From Candidatus Woesearchaeota archaeon (GTDB lineage: Archaea; Nanobdellota; Nanobdellia; Pacearchaeales; GW2011-AR1), in assembly GCA_964372205.1 (NCBI GenBank), contig CAYJQB010000001.1:475949-539948 (forward strand): DNA of 64,000 nt. Direction: 5' to 3'. Positions within the stretch are counted from its first letter, which is position 1. Every line of letters begins with the position of its first letter. Below, piece by piece: positions 1-8,703 of the stretch. Position numbers and translations under genes: made by a program. The notes beneath the pieces were generated by a model that worked only from the letters and a program-made list of their open reading frames with translations, made no database searches and was not told the DNA's origin.

Positions 1-469
1 ACAGGACTTCCTAGACTTGTTTGACAACACAAAACTATCATTAGATGAAATATTCCTCTGGATTGAAGAGAACATTCCTAAAGAGTATCAAGGAGAATCT
101 CTAGCAAAGGCGTATATTTCCCTGTCAAAAGCAGACATTTTCAGAGGAAGAATATATAGACAGCAGTTCTGGAGATTTTTGCAGTATCAAAATATCTTCC
201 AAAGTGCAGGAATATCATATGCAAAATCTTCTCCAAAATCGGGCTTCACAAAGTATGAAAGACCTCAGAGAATACTGAAAATCTGGCTTTCAAATCAAAA
301 AAATGTAAAAAAGAAAACGATTGCTCAAAAATATGCCCGTTACTCTCATTGTTCTGCAAAACGTGCCTTGAAAGACTTTCCAACGATAAAATTAATCCTG
401 CAAAACAATCCGTCAGCTCACAAACATCTTAAACTCACAGAAGAAGAAATTGATTTCTTAAATAAATAG
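1..469 (+). CDS. rfcL: Replication factor C large subunit, C-terminal part (gene starts upstream of the window)
   Basis: WIEENIPKEY...AYISLSKADIFRGRIYRQQFWRF matches the archaeal RFC-L C-terminal region; the reading frame is open back to the window start. Confidence 0.85.
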   Translation, partial: QDFLDLFDNTKLSLDEIFLWIEENIPKEYQGESLAKAYISLSKADIFRGRIYRQQFWRFLQYQNIFQSAGISYAKSSPKSGFTKYERPQRILKIWLSNQKNVKKKTIAQKYARYSHCSAKRALKDFPTIKLILQNNPSAHKHLKLTEEEIDFLNK

Positions 470-518
470 TAAAGTTATGCTAAGAAAAAGAACTATCAAG
501 AAGATAATAAAACTCGCC

Positions 519-1136
519 TTACTTTAAAGAATTGAAAAGCTCTTCAACTTTTTTCCAATTAACTACATTCCACCACGCATTTAGATATTCAGGCCTTCTG
601 TTCTGATATTTCAAATAATATGCATGCTCCCAAACATCCAATCCTAGAATAGGTTTTTTTCCATACATGATTGGAGAATCCTGATTCGCAGTACTGGCAA
701 TCTCAAGTTCTCCTTTCTCATTTAAAACAAGCCAAGCCCATCCGCTTCCAAATCTACTTAATGCCGTCTCTGTGAAAAGAATCTTGAAATCAGCAAAACT
801 TCCAAATTTATCATCTATTGCTTCTGCTAACTCTCCAGATGGTCTTCCTTTTGCTTCAGTTGCCGGACACATTAACTGCCAAAACAATGAGTGATTCACA
901 TACCCTCCTCCATTGTTTACCACTGCCTGTCTTATTTCAGAAGGAACAGAGTCTATGTCTTTCAAAATAGTTTCAACATCTTTTTTAGTAAGCTCTTCTT
1001 GGCCTTCAAGTGCCTTGTTCAATTTATCAAGGTAACCCTGATGATGTTTTGTATAATGGACTTCCATTGTTTTTGCATCGATATATGGCTCTAAAGCGTT
1101 AAATTCATAAGGAAGTTCAGGAAGTTCATAAGTCAT
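519..1136 (-). CDS. sod: Fe/Mn superoxide dismutase
   Basis: [31 protein letters not shown] and DVWEHAYY signature; start moved to MTYELP (1136). Confidence 0.97.
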   Translation of the reverse strand: MTYELPELPYEFNALEPYIDAKTMEVHYTKHHQGYLDKLNKALEGQEELTKKDVETILKDIDSVPSEIRQAVVNNGGGYVNHSLFWQLMCPATEAKGRPSGELAEAIDDKFGSFADFKILFTETALSRFGSGWAWLVLNEKGELEIASTANQDSPIMYGKKPILGLDVWEHAYYLKYQNRRPEYLNAWWNVVNWKKVEELFNSLK

Positions 1137-1187
1137 AAAATCAACAGACAAGTACGATATATAAGTTTTTTGAGCTCTGCACTTCAA

Positions 1188-2123
1188 CTAGAGATTATTC
1201 TGAAGCTCTGCTTCTATGACTTGCTGGAATGCGGAGTAAGGCAAAGCACCTTCAAGTCTCACCCCATTGATAAAGAATGCTGGAGTTCCACTTACTCCAA
1301 AACTCTGACCATATGCTAAATCTGCCTGAACATCTGCACTAAATTTTCCTGATTCTAAACACTCTGAAATGTCATAACCCAGACTAGAAGCAAGAGCTTT
1401 CAAATTCTCCTCGCTTAAATCTTGCTGGTTCTCAAAAAGAAGGTCGTGCATTGCAAAATACGCGTCATTTCCTCCTAACTCCCCCACACATCTAGCAGAT
1501 TCTGCAGCAGAGGCTGCATCAGGATGGAATGACAACGGAAAGTCCATGAAAACAAGCTTGACTTTTCCACTAGCAACATAATTCTGTTCAATCAATGGCA
1601 AAGTTTCAGTATAGAACTTTGCACAGAAAGGACACTGATAATCTGAAAATTCAACAATAGTTATAGGAGCATCAGGATTGCCTTTTACAGGAGAATCTCC
1701 AACATTTACTTCAACTCTCTCTCCGGTATTAACTCCACTATTGTCTATTTCATATATAGACTCCTCTAGAGGTATAAGATCAGAAACTAAATTCTCCCCA
1801 TCAAGAGTTACATAGACTGGAACTTTTTCTCCCTGATAAACCACAACTATTTTGTAAAGTCCATTCTCTTGAGTTACAGATTCAACTTCCACCTCTCCGG
1901 AAACCTTAGAATTTAGAAAGCTTACAACATTCTCCTTCACTTGAGACTCGCTCACGCTCACATTAGTGCCGTTTCCACCAAATGCCAAAACAAGAACCAA
2001 TAAAACACCCAGAACAATGCTTGCAAGCATCCAAGGATTACCTCTCAATTTGTTAAAATAAGTTCCAACCGGAATTTCAATAGTGTCAGAACCCCCAGAC
2101 TTCTTTTCTTTTCCTTCAGCCAT
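1188..2123 (-). CDS. Membrane-anchored DsbA-family thiol-disulfide oxidoreductase
   Basis: N-terminal TM helix, EFSDYQCPFC (CxxC) and GVSGTPAFFING; start moved to MAEGKE. Confidence 0.9.
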   Translation of the reverse strand: MAEGKEKKSGGSDTIEIPVGTYFNKLRGNPWMLASIVLGVLLVLVLAFGGNGTNVSVSESQVKENVVSFLNSKVSGEVEVESVTQENGLYKIVVVYQGEKVPVYVTLDGENLVSDLIPLEESIYEIDNSGVNTGERVEVNVGDSPVKGNPDAPITIVEFSDYQCPFCAKFYTETLPLIEQNYVASGKVKLVFMDFPLSFHPDAASAAESARCVGELGGNDAYFAMHDLLFENQQDLSEENLKALASSLGYDISECLESGKFSADVQADLAYGQSFGVSGTPAFFINGVRLEGALPYSAFQQVIEAELQNNL

Positions 2124-2205
2124 TAGCTGATTAGACCAAAAGACATTTAAAAACCTTTTGGCGTCGATTGTCATAATTTATATACTTTACATAACATTTT
2201 ACGTC

Positions 2206-3519
2206 ATGCCATACGACATAATCCTTGGAAGAGACAAGTCAGACAAAGAAAAGTTTGGAGATAAAGGAATAATACAACTTGGTAAGGGTTATGTGAAGAT
2301 GGGCAATTATAGCTCATTATCAAATAGGATATTCATGGATGTTGCAAGAAGTCATGTAGTCCTAGTTGCAGGTAAAAGAGGAAGCGGAAAATCCTACACT
2401 TTAGGAGTCATGACTGAAGAGCTTTCCTCTCTTGACCCTGAAACCTCAAGAAACATAGCCTCATTGATATTTGATACTATGGGCATATTCTGGACTATGA
2501 AATTTGAAAATGAAAAAGAGAAAAGTCTCCTAGATAGTTGGGAACTAAAAACACGAAAATTACCTGTCAAAGTCTTTGCCCCTGCAGGAAAAGCAGAAGA
2601 GTATAGAAAAAAACAGATACCTATTGATGAAACTTTTGCTCTAAAAGTATCTGAATTGGAAGCAGAAGACTGGGTAATCACATTCAATATATCTATGACT
2701 TCCCAAGAATCTGTATTAATACAAAAATCTGTTGACAAATTAAAGAAAAGCAAAAAAGAATACTACATAGAGGACATCCAGAACGAAATAGAATCTGACA
2801 ACAATTCATCTAAAGACACAAAGAACATTGCCCTCGCATTATTTCAAGCAGCAAATACTTGGGGTATATTTGCAAAACCTGGTATGGAAGGAACAGAGAT
2901 ATCAGACCTTATAAGTGAAGGAACAACTTCTGTGCTTGACTTATCAGTTTACAATTCTACCGGAGCTTTCAATGTCAGAGCTTTAGTTATAGGACTTGTA
3001 TCAAAAAAACTTTTCAATCAAAGAATGGACGCCAGAAAAAAAGAGGAAATTGAAGCAATCCAGCATGGCGCAGATTATCTGGCTTATAGAAAAACCAGAC
3101 AGATGCCATTAGTATGGTTATTCATAGATGAAGCTCACGAATTCCTTCCGAAAAACGGAAAAACTCCTGCAACAGATGCACTCATACAACTATTAAGAGA
3201 AGGAAGACAACCTGGAATATCAGTAGTTCTTGCAACCCAACAACCTGGACAAATACATAATGATGTTATGACTCAATCTGACATAGTAATCTCTCATAGA
3301 GTAACCTCCAAACCTGATATAGAAGCCCTAAACCAAATCATGCAGACTTATCTTCTAGAAAATATTCAGAAAAGCATGGACGACCTCCCCTCGCTAAAGG
3401 GTTCCGCAATAATCTTAGATGACAACTCAGAAAGAATCTACCCAATGAGAATGCGACCAAGATTCACCTGGCATGGCGGAGAAGCTCCAACTGCTATAAA
3501 AGTTGAAAGAAGAATATAA
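2206..3519 (+). CDS. HerA/FtsK-superfamily ATPase (DUF87-like)
   Basis: Walker A GKRGSGKS, Walker B LFIDEAH, LLREGRQPG and ATQQP motifs; start moved to MPYDII. Confidence 0.85.
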   Translation: MPYDIILGRDKSDKEKFGDKGIIQLGKGYVKMGNYSSLSNRIFMDVARSHVVLVAGKRGSGKSYTLGVMTEELSSLDPETSRNIASLIFDTMGIFWTMKFENEKEKSLLDSWELKTRKLPVKVFAPAGKAEEYRKKQIPIDETFALKVSELEAEDWVITFNISMTSQESVLIQKSVDKLKKSKKEYYIEDIQNEIESDNNSSKDTKNIALALFQAANTWGIFAKPGMEGTEISDLISEGTTSVLDLSVYNSTGAFNVRALVIGLVSKKLFNQRMDARKKEEIEAIQHGADYLAYRKTRQMPLVWLFIDEAHEFLPKNGKTPATDALIQLLREGRQPGISVVLATQQPGQIHNDVMTQSDIVISHRVTSKPDIEALNQIMQTYLLENIQKSMDDLPSLKGSAIILDDNSERIYPMRMRPRFTWHGGEAPTAIKVERRI

Positions 3520-3553
3520 TCAAATTTATAAATCTACAATAAATAAACCATCA

Positions 3554-3841
3554 ATGAATACTCGAACAGTTGAGTATAGAGTCTCAAGATTGGAAAGAGC
3601 AATTTTTGGAAAAAATAGTAATAGGAGAAAACCTTATCTAACATCACATCAGGGAGCTAGTGATTGCCAATTTATGAGTTTTTACCAAAGTCTAGAAAGA
3701 GTTTTTAGCATAGATTTCAGAGACGAGGAGGTTCGTTATATGCAAACTCCTATAGCCTGTATAAAGCATGTAAAAAATAGATTGAATAGAAAAAAAGAAA
3801 TAAGGGCTAAATTAAGATCTTTATATCAGCCCGATACCTAA
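3554..3841 (+). CDS. Hypothetical basic protein
   Basis: ORF with TATA-like tttataaat about 25 nt upstream of ATG 3554; no family recognised. Confidence 0.5.
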   Translation: MNTRTVEYRVSRLERAIFGKNSNRRKPYLTSHQGASDCQFMSFYQSLERVFSIDFRDEEVRYMQTPIACIKHVKNRLNRKKEIRAKLRSLYQPDT

Positions 3842-4589
3842 ATCTTCTAACGCCTATATCCCCAGCTTTCACAATTCTTAATGTCTTTATTTTTCTCCCT
3901 GCTTTTTTAGCCTCGTTTTCAAGCAATTCTTTCATCTTACCAATCTCATCTTCTGCATAGAAACCATAATAATGAATAATTCCATTTTTCTTTATCATTG
4001 GAAAGGCAACATCCAAAAAACTATCTTTTAAATTCGGGCGAGCCATCACAATCCTATCAAACAATTCATCAACTTTCTTCCCCTTCCCTATAACTCTTCT
4101 AACATCTCCCTGAATAATATCAACTTTCCCATCTAACTTATTTCTTTTAACATTTTGCAAAGCATACTTAGAACATTCCCTTCCAAGCTCAACAGAGACA
4201 ACTTTCACACATTTAGATAGCTTTCCAATAACAATTGCAAATGGAGCTACCCCTCCAAACATCACAAGAACTTTCTCATTTTTCTTCACAAAATCAGCAA
4301 TATTTTTCCTCTCACTAGACAAACGTGGAGAAAAATAACAAGTGTCTATATTCAGCCTAAAAACACATCCAGTCTCCTTATACAATGCTTCAGTAGTCTT
4401 TTCTCCAGCAAGCCATTTTGTCTTGAGAGTTCTTAGTCTCCCGGAAAATTTATCAGAATAATCTCTCACAGTTCTTACAGATTTATGTTTCACAAGAAAA
4501 TCAGCAGCAATCTTCTTCTTCTCACTAGCTCTAGTTTCTCTATCAAATTTTAATATTGCAATATTCCCTAAAACGTCTACTCCTCGCAT
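3807..4589 (-). CDS. Trm5/Tyw2-family SAM-dependent tRNA modification enzyme
   Basis: DVLGNIAIL, YFSPRLSSER, MFGGVAPFAI (SAM motif), GIIHYY. Confidence 0.8.
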   Translation of the reverse strand: MRGVDVLGNIAILKFDRETRASEKKKIAADFLVKHKSVRTVRDYSDKFSGRLRTLKTKWLAGEKTTEALYKETGCVFRLNIDTCYFSPRLSSERKNIADFVKKNEKVLVMFGGVAPFAIVIGKLSKCVKVVSVELGRECSKYALQNVKRNKLDGKVDIIQGDVRRVIGKGKKVDELFDRIVMARPNLKDSFLDVAFPMIKKNGIIHYYGFYAEDEIGKMKELLENEAKKAGRKIKTLRIVKAGDIGVRRFRYRADIKILI

Positions 4590-4619
4590 ATTAATTAAAG
4601 AGAAAGATTGTTTAAAATA

Positions 4620-4907
4620 CTAGCGTTTTCTTTTCTTATGTTTCCTATAGCCTAAAAAAATTCTAATAACAATAAAAACAGGTATCAAAATTAATAAAGT
4701 CTTGAAAAGATTGATTGCCGTTCCAGACATGTCATCATAATACCTATATACAAGATATAATCCAAAAACTCCTCCAATTAAGACTGAAGCTCCTGTATGT
4801 TTGAAAATTCTTTCAGACGCATAATAAATTAAAATGAATGCAAGAACTCCCAATGCGACAGCTACAATCTGAGGATTTTGGAATGCAAACAAGTCTTCAA
4901 AAGTCAT
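4620..4907 (-). CDS. Small membrane protein (about 3 TM)
   Basis: Hydrophobic helices and a basic C-terminal tail; 1-nt overlap with the upstream gene. Confidence 0.75.
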   Translation of the reverse strand: MTFEDLFAFQNPQIVAVALGVLAFILIYYASERIFKHTGASVLIGGVFGLYLVYRYYDDMSGTAINLFKTLLILIPVFIVIRIFLGYRKHKKRKR

Positions 4908-5608
4908 TAACCGCTCCCTTCCGAAGATTTATTTGCTATCCCTTCATTAATAGTATCAAATAATTGTATACCGCTTTCTGCGGTTTTTTCCATCTGTTGA
5001 AGCTTTTTTTCTCTTTCCTTTAACTTGAAATGAAGTTTTATTCTCTTGAAAAGTTTGTATGAGAATATCAAATAGAATATTACAATTAACAAAGACACTC
5101 CAAGAATAATCCATCCCCATATCCCATTCTTATAAAATACAAAAGCAAACAAAATATCTGAGATAATCCTAAAGACTCCTAAATGACCTGCAATAATTGT
5201 TAGTATGAAACTTGACATAAAAGCCGTAAGTTTAGAAAATGGAGAGAAGACAACTATTGAATCAAAAAATGTAGAAAAGAAAACAGCCCATAATAAGACT
5301 GCTAAAAGCCAAATCATAGAAAAATCATAATCCTGTCCAAAAAGAAAGAAAAGTAAAAAATTTATTTTCCTCATACCCTCATCGAATTTAGAAACAGCCT
5401 CATTCTTCAAAAAATTTTCCTTCCATTCCTGTCCTAAATAATTCCATCTCTCTTCCTCTGTAAATTCGCCTAGACGATCAGCACGTTCTCTAAATGCTTC
5501 CGTATTATTGAATATCTCATCCTCTAAAGGCAAATTTGGAGGAGCTTGTGCAGAAACAAAACTTCCAACAATCAAAAATACCAGTAATACAAAACACACT
5601 CTTTTCAT
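4907..5608 (-). CDS. Membrane protein with N-terminal signal peptide
   Basis: Sec-type signal ending in VSA|Q, several TM segments, coiled-coil-like tail. Confidence 0.8.
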   Translation of the reverse strand: MKRVCFVLLVFLIVGSFVSAQAPPNLPLEDEIFNNTEAFRERADRLGEFTEEERWNYLGQEWKENFLKNEAVSKFDEGMRKINFLLFFLFGQDYDFSMIWLLAVLLWAVFFSTFFDSIVVFSPFSKLTAFMSSFILTIIAGHLGVFRIISDILFAFVFYKNGIWGWIILGVSLLIVIFYLIFSYKLFKRIKLHFKLKEREKKLQQMEKTAESGIQLFDTINEGIANKSSEGSG

Positions 5609-5640
5609 AAAGTTAATTTGTAAAAATAGTTTAAATAAGT

Positions 5641-6297
5641 TTACTTCTTTTCTCCAGCAGCAGCTGCATCCGAAACATCCTTAAGAACTGTTGCACCTGA
5701 AGCAACTTTCTTTCCGCCTGCGACAGCTCGAAGCGCTTGATCTTCAGCTCTTCTAACAATTATTCCTTGCCTAACTTTTCTGCCCCACGCCCCAAATGAA
5801 AAGTGAAACACCAAGAAAAGTCCAAAGACTAAAACAATGCTAGCTATTACTGAAAGAGCTCCAAACACAGCTGTTATTCCTAAAGCTGCAACAGTTGCCA
5901 AAGTCACAATCTTAAGATTTGCTATTACCAAAGTTAAAATTCCAGCTATTATCCAACTGACTGTTTTAGTAAATGATCCAAATAAAAACAAAATATCTCC
6001 AAATATAAAGAAGAACAAGAACCAGATACCTATAATAATTATAGAAGCACTAATAGGGTTTGTCCCTTCAACTAAAACAGATGGCACCTGACCGAAAATA
6101 TAATCAAAAAACTGGAAAGAATCGTTCCATAAATCGGCAAAACTTTGTGTGTTCCCTATCTCGTTTGTAAGCCCCTCAAAATTATAAGAATACTCAAAAC
6201 CACTAATGAATCCAGTTCCAACCAAAACTATAAGCAGTATCGCACCTAAAACCAACCAAGGAGCTAGACTTCCCCACTCAAACCCTCTTTTATTCAT
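5641..6297 (-). CDS. Polytopic membrane protein with a class III (prepilin-like) signal
   Basis: MNKRG|FEW followed by a hydrophobic stretch; TM core similar to that of 4907-5608. Confidence 0.8.
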   Translation of the reverse strand: MNKRGFEWGSLAPWLVLGAILLIVLVGTGFISGFEYSYNFEGLTNEIGNTQSFADLWNDSFQFFDYIFGQVPSVLVEGTNPISASIIIIGIWFLFFFIFGDILFLFGSFTKTVSWIIAGILTLVIANLKIVTLATVAALGITAVFGALSVIASIVLVFGLFLVFHFSFGAWGRKVRQGIIVRRAEDQALRAVAGGKKVASGATVLKDVSDAAAAGEKK

Positions 6298-6366
6298 CCC
6301 CAAATCAATACCAGATATTTTATAAAGCTTTCCTAGAAAAAATTTATTAGTCTTAAGTCATCAAAA

Positions 6367-7068
6367 TTAAGGAGAAAAAGGAACTGTAAGTCCATCTTTA
6401 AGAACTTCAATAGCCTTTTTTGTTTCTTCCGTATAGATATTTCTTAATTCGTCTCTTACAAAAGCCTTAGCAACTCTATTATAAATATCGGCTTGCGCAA
6501 AAGCTTTTCCAGCCATCTGTCCTTCAACAGTCTCCTCACTTATCATATCTCTTGTGAATTCCCATCTATCATTCTGATTATTTTTTCTAACACTCTTTGG
6601 AGCAATTATAACCAACCTCTCTAATTCATCGGAACCCATTCTTTCATTGATTCGATTATCATTATTACTCCAATCAATAAAAGTAGCTCCTTCAGTATCA
6701 TACATTTCCCATCTCCACCCTCTATTTTCTACATCGAGCCTTGTCTTACTATTCTCTTCAACATAATGAATATTTGATCCATATTGATTATCAAAACTTC
6801 CGTCATAAACAACTTCATTACTTGTTAAAGCGTCACGAGCAAAATTGTAAAATTTACTTCCTGCCCAATAAGTTCCAGCTGTTAGAGTCAAAAGTCCTGC
6901 AGTAATACCTAATCCTTTCTTATGATCCCATCCAAATTTTCCAGTTGCTTTTGAAGTATTCCAAAGTGAACTTCCAAGTGAACTTCCAACTCTTCTTAAA
7001 GCTACAAATGGTCTGCTTGCTGAAGCTGATGCAGCTTCAGTAGGTGTTCTTCTATTTCGTCTTACCAT
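6367..7068 (-). CDS. Hypothetical single-TM protein
   Basis: 233-aa ORF with a basic N-terminus, one TM and an upstream TATA. Confidence 0.7.
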   Translation of the reverse strand: MVRRNRRTPTEAASASASRPFVALRRVGSSLGSSLWNTSKATGKFGWDHKKGLGITAGLLTLTAGTYWAGSKFYNFARDALTSNEVVYDGSFDNQYGSNIHYVEENSKTRLDVENRGWRWEMYDTEGATFIDWSNNDNRINERMGSDELERLVIIAPKSVRKNNQNDRWEFTRDMISEETVEGQMAGKAFAQADIYNRVAKAFVRDELRNIYTEETKKAIEVLKDGLTVPFSP

Positions 7069-7129
7069 AATAAATCAGAAATAATCTGGTTTATAAATCT
7101 TTCTATTTTGTAACCACTGCTCAATTACA

Positions 7130-8149
7130 CTAAAACAGCTTCTTCTGGCTTGACTGCCTCTTTACCTGTCGCAATTTCTCAAGCTGGTTCTCAACTCTTT
7201 CTAAAGAAAAGTCGTGTCTTTCAACAAGAATCTCCTTTATTTTCTCCTCATCTAACTTTGGAAAAGTCAACTTGGCATCAGAAACATTAGGCTTTTTGAA
7301 TATCTCGAAAATCTCCTTCCAGTTAAACCCAAGCTCTCCAAACCTTTCTTCAACTTCTTTGAATATCTCAACAGGATATTTTCTCTTCCTAACTAAATCA
7401 AGAGCCTTCTTAGGACCTAGGCCTTTAACTCCTCCTGGATTAAAGTCACTTCCAACCAATATTGCAAGACATATAAGCTGGTCTGAATTCAACTCCAGAG
7501 TATTAAGAACTCTTTCATATTCAATCATTTCAGGAGCTATATACACGAAACTCCCACTTCCTAACTTCCTTTTCCTTGCTAAAGTTAGGTTCTGTATCAA
7601 TCTTTTTCCTCCAACAACTAGAGCATCATAGTCTTGAGATGCTACAGCATAAGCCTCTCCCAACTTCACAAGATGAGCACACTGCATCTCTCCCTCTCCA
7701 GGAGCCTGCACAACAGAAACTCCCATTGCTTCAAGCAACTCTTTAGACTCTTCAATCATCCTTTCATCAAGCCTTCCAAAAGCTTTAGCGTACTTCCCCA
7801 TAGTCTCAACATCCTCCTCATCTTTTGCAGATTCGTACTTCTCCATAGCTAGCTGTCTTGCGGCTCCCCTTTTCTCGTGAGTTTTTCCCTTCAAAGAATG
7901 ATACTCTCCATCAAAAACATATACAAGTTTCATCCCTTCAGAAATCAAAGCTATATTTCTATAAAATAATCCTGAAAGATGAGAAGTGGTTCTTCCTTGA
8001 GAGTCCATCAAAGGAGTTCCATCCGGTTGTCTAATTGAAGAAAGAAACTGATATACAGCGTTAAATGCATCCACTGCTATAATCTTCCCAGACAAATCTT
8101 CAAACTTTATCTCCTTCCTTGGAACTATATCTCCTATCTGTAATCCCAT
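7130..8149 (-). CDS. fen: Flap endonuclease 1
   Basis: MGLQIG, AVDAFNAVYQFLSSIRQPDGTPLMD, APGEGEMQ, GSDFNPGGVKGLGPKKA; C-terminal QKKLF. Confidence 0.97.
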   Translation of the reverse strand: MGLQIGDIVPRKEIKFEDLSGKIIAVDAFNAVYQFLSSIRQPDGTPLMDSQGRTTSHLSGLFYRNIALISEGMKLVYVFDGEYHSLKGKTHEKRGAARQLAMEKYESAKDEEDVETMGKYAKAFGRLDERMIEESKELLEAMGVSVVQAPGEGEMQCAHLVKLGEAYAVASQDYDALVVGGKRLIQNLTLARKRKLGSGSFVYIAPEMIEYERVLNTLELNSDQLICLAILVGSDFNPGGVKGLGPKKALDLVRKRKYPVEIFKEVEERFGELGFNWKEIFEIFKKPNVSDAKLTFPKLDEEKIKEILVERHDFSLERVENQLEKLRQVKRQSSQKKLF

Positions 8150-8179
8150 GTCAAATCAAGAAAAAACCCGTATAAATAA

Positions 8180-8623
8180 CTACCTCATCAAATCTCGTGT
8201 GTATTCTATTGAACTGTTAATTCTGTCTACCTCGTCAAGTACATCAGGACAAAGCTGACCAGCCCTCTTACGAATCTCGTGTAAAACCTCTCCATATAAC
8301 GCTCGAACCTGATTTCTAGGCAAACCATTAAATGGAGGTACTTCAAAACCAGCTCTTTCTATAGCTACAAGTCTATTTCTATAATACTTAGCACCTTTCC
8401 TACTTGAACTAATTCTAGAAAAACCCGTTAAAGCAGTAACGGCTATTTTTCTCATTGTAGAAGGATTATAATCTGCTCCAGGAGAACGCGTCTCGAGAAG
8501 AGAACCGCCCCTTCTTGCCACTTCTGCACTTGCTAAAGCATGACCTATATCTCCCGAAGGGTCATTATCAGCATCATAGCTGTCATAATCCATCCCTGCT
8601 ATGACTACTCGCTCTGACAACAT
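8180..8623 (-). CDS. Hypothetical protein
   Basis: ORF between fen and polB with an upstream TATA; start moved to MLSERV. Confidence 0.6.
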   Translation of the reverse strand: MLSERVVIAGMDYDSYDADNDPSGDIGHALASAEVARRGGSLLETRSPGADYNPSTMRKIAVTALTGFSRISSSRKGAKYYRNRLVAIERAGFEVPPFNGLPRNQVRALYGEVLHEIRKRAGQLCPDVLDEVDRINSSIEYTRDLMR

Positions 8624-8703
8624 AAAAATAGACAGATAAACCAATTTTAAAGCTTTCGTTTACAAAACATCAAATATATAACACGAGAAATCTCTAAAAA
8701 TTT

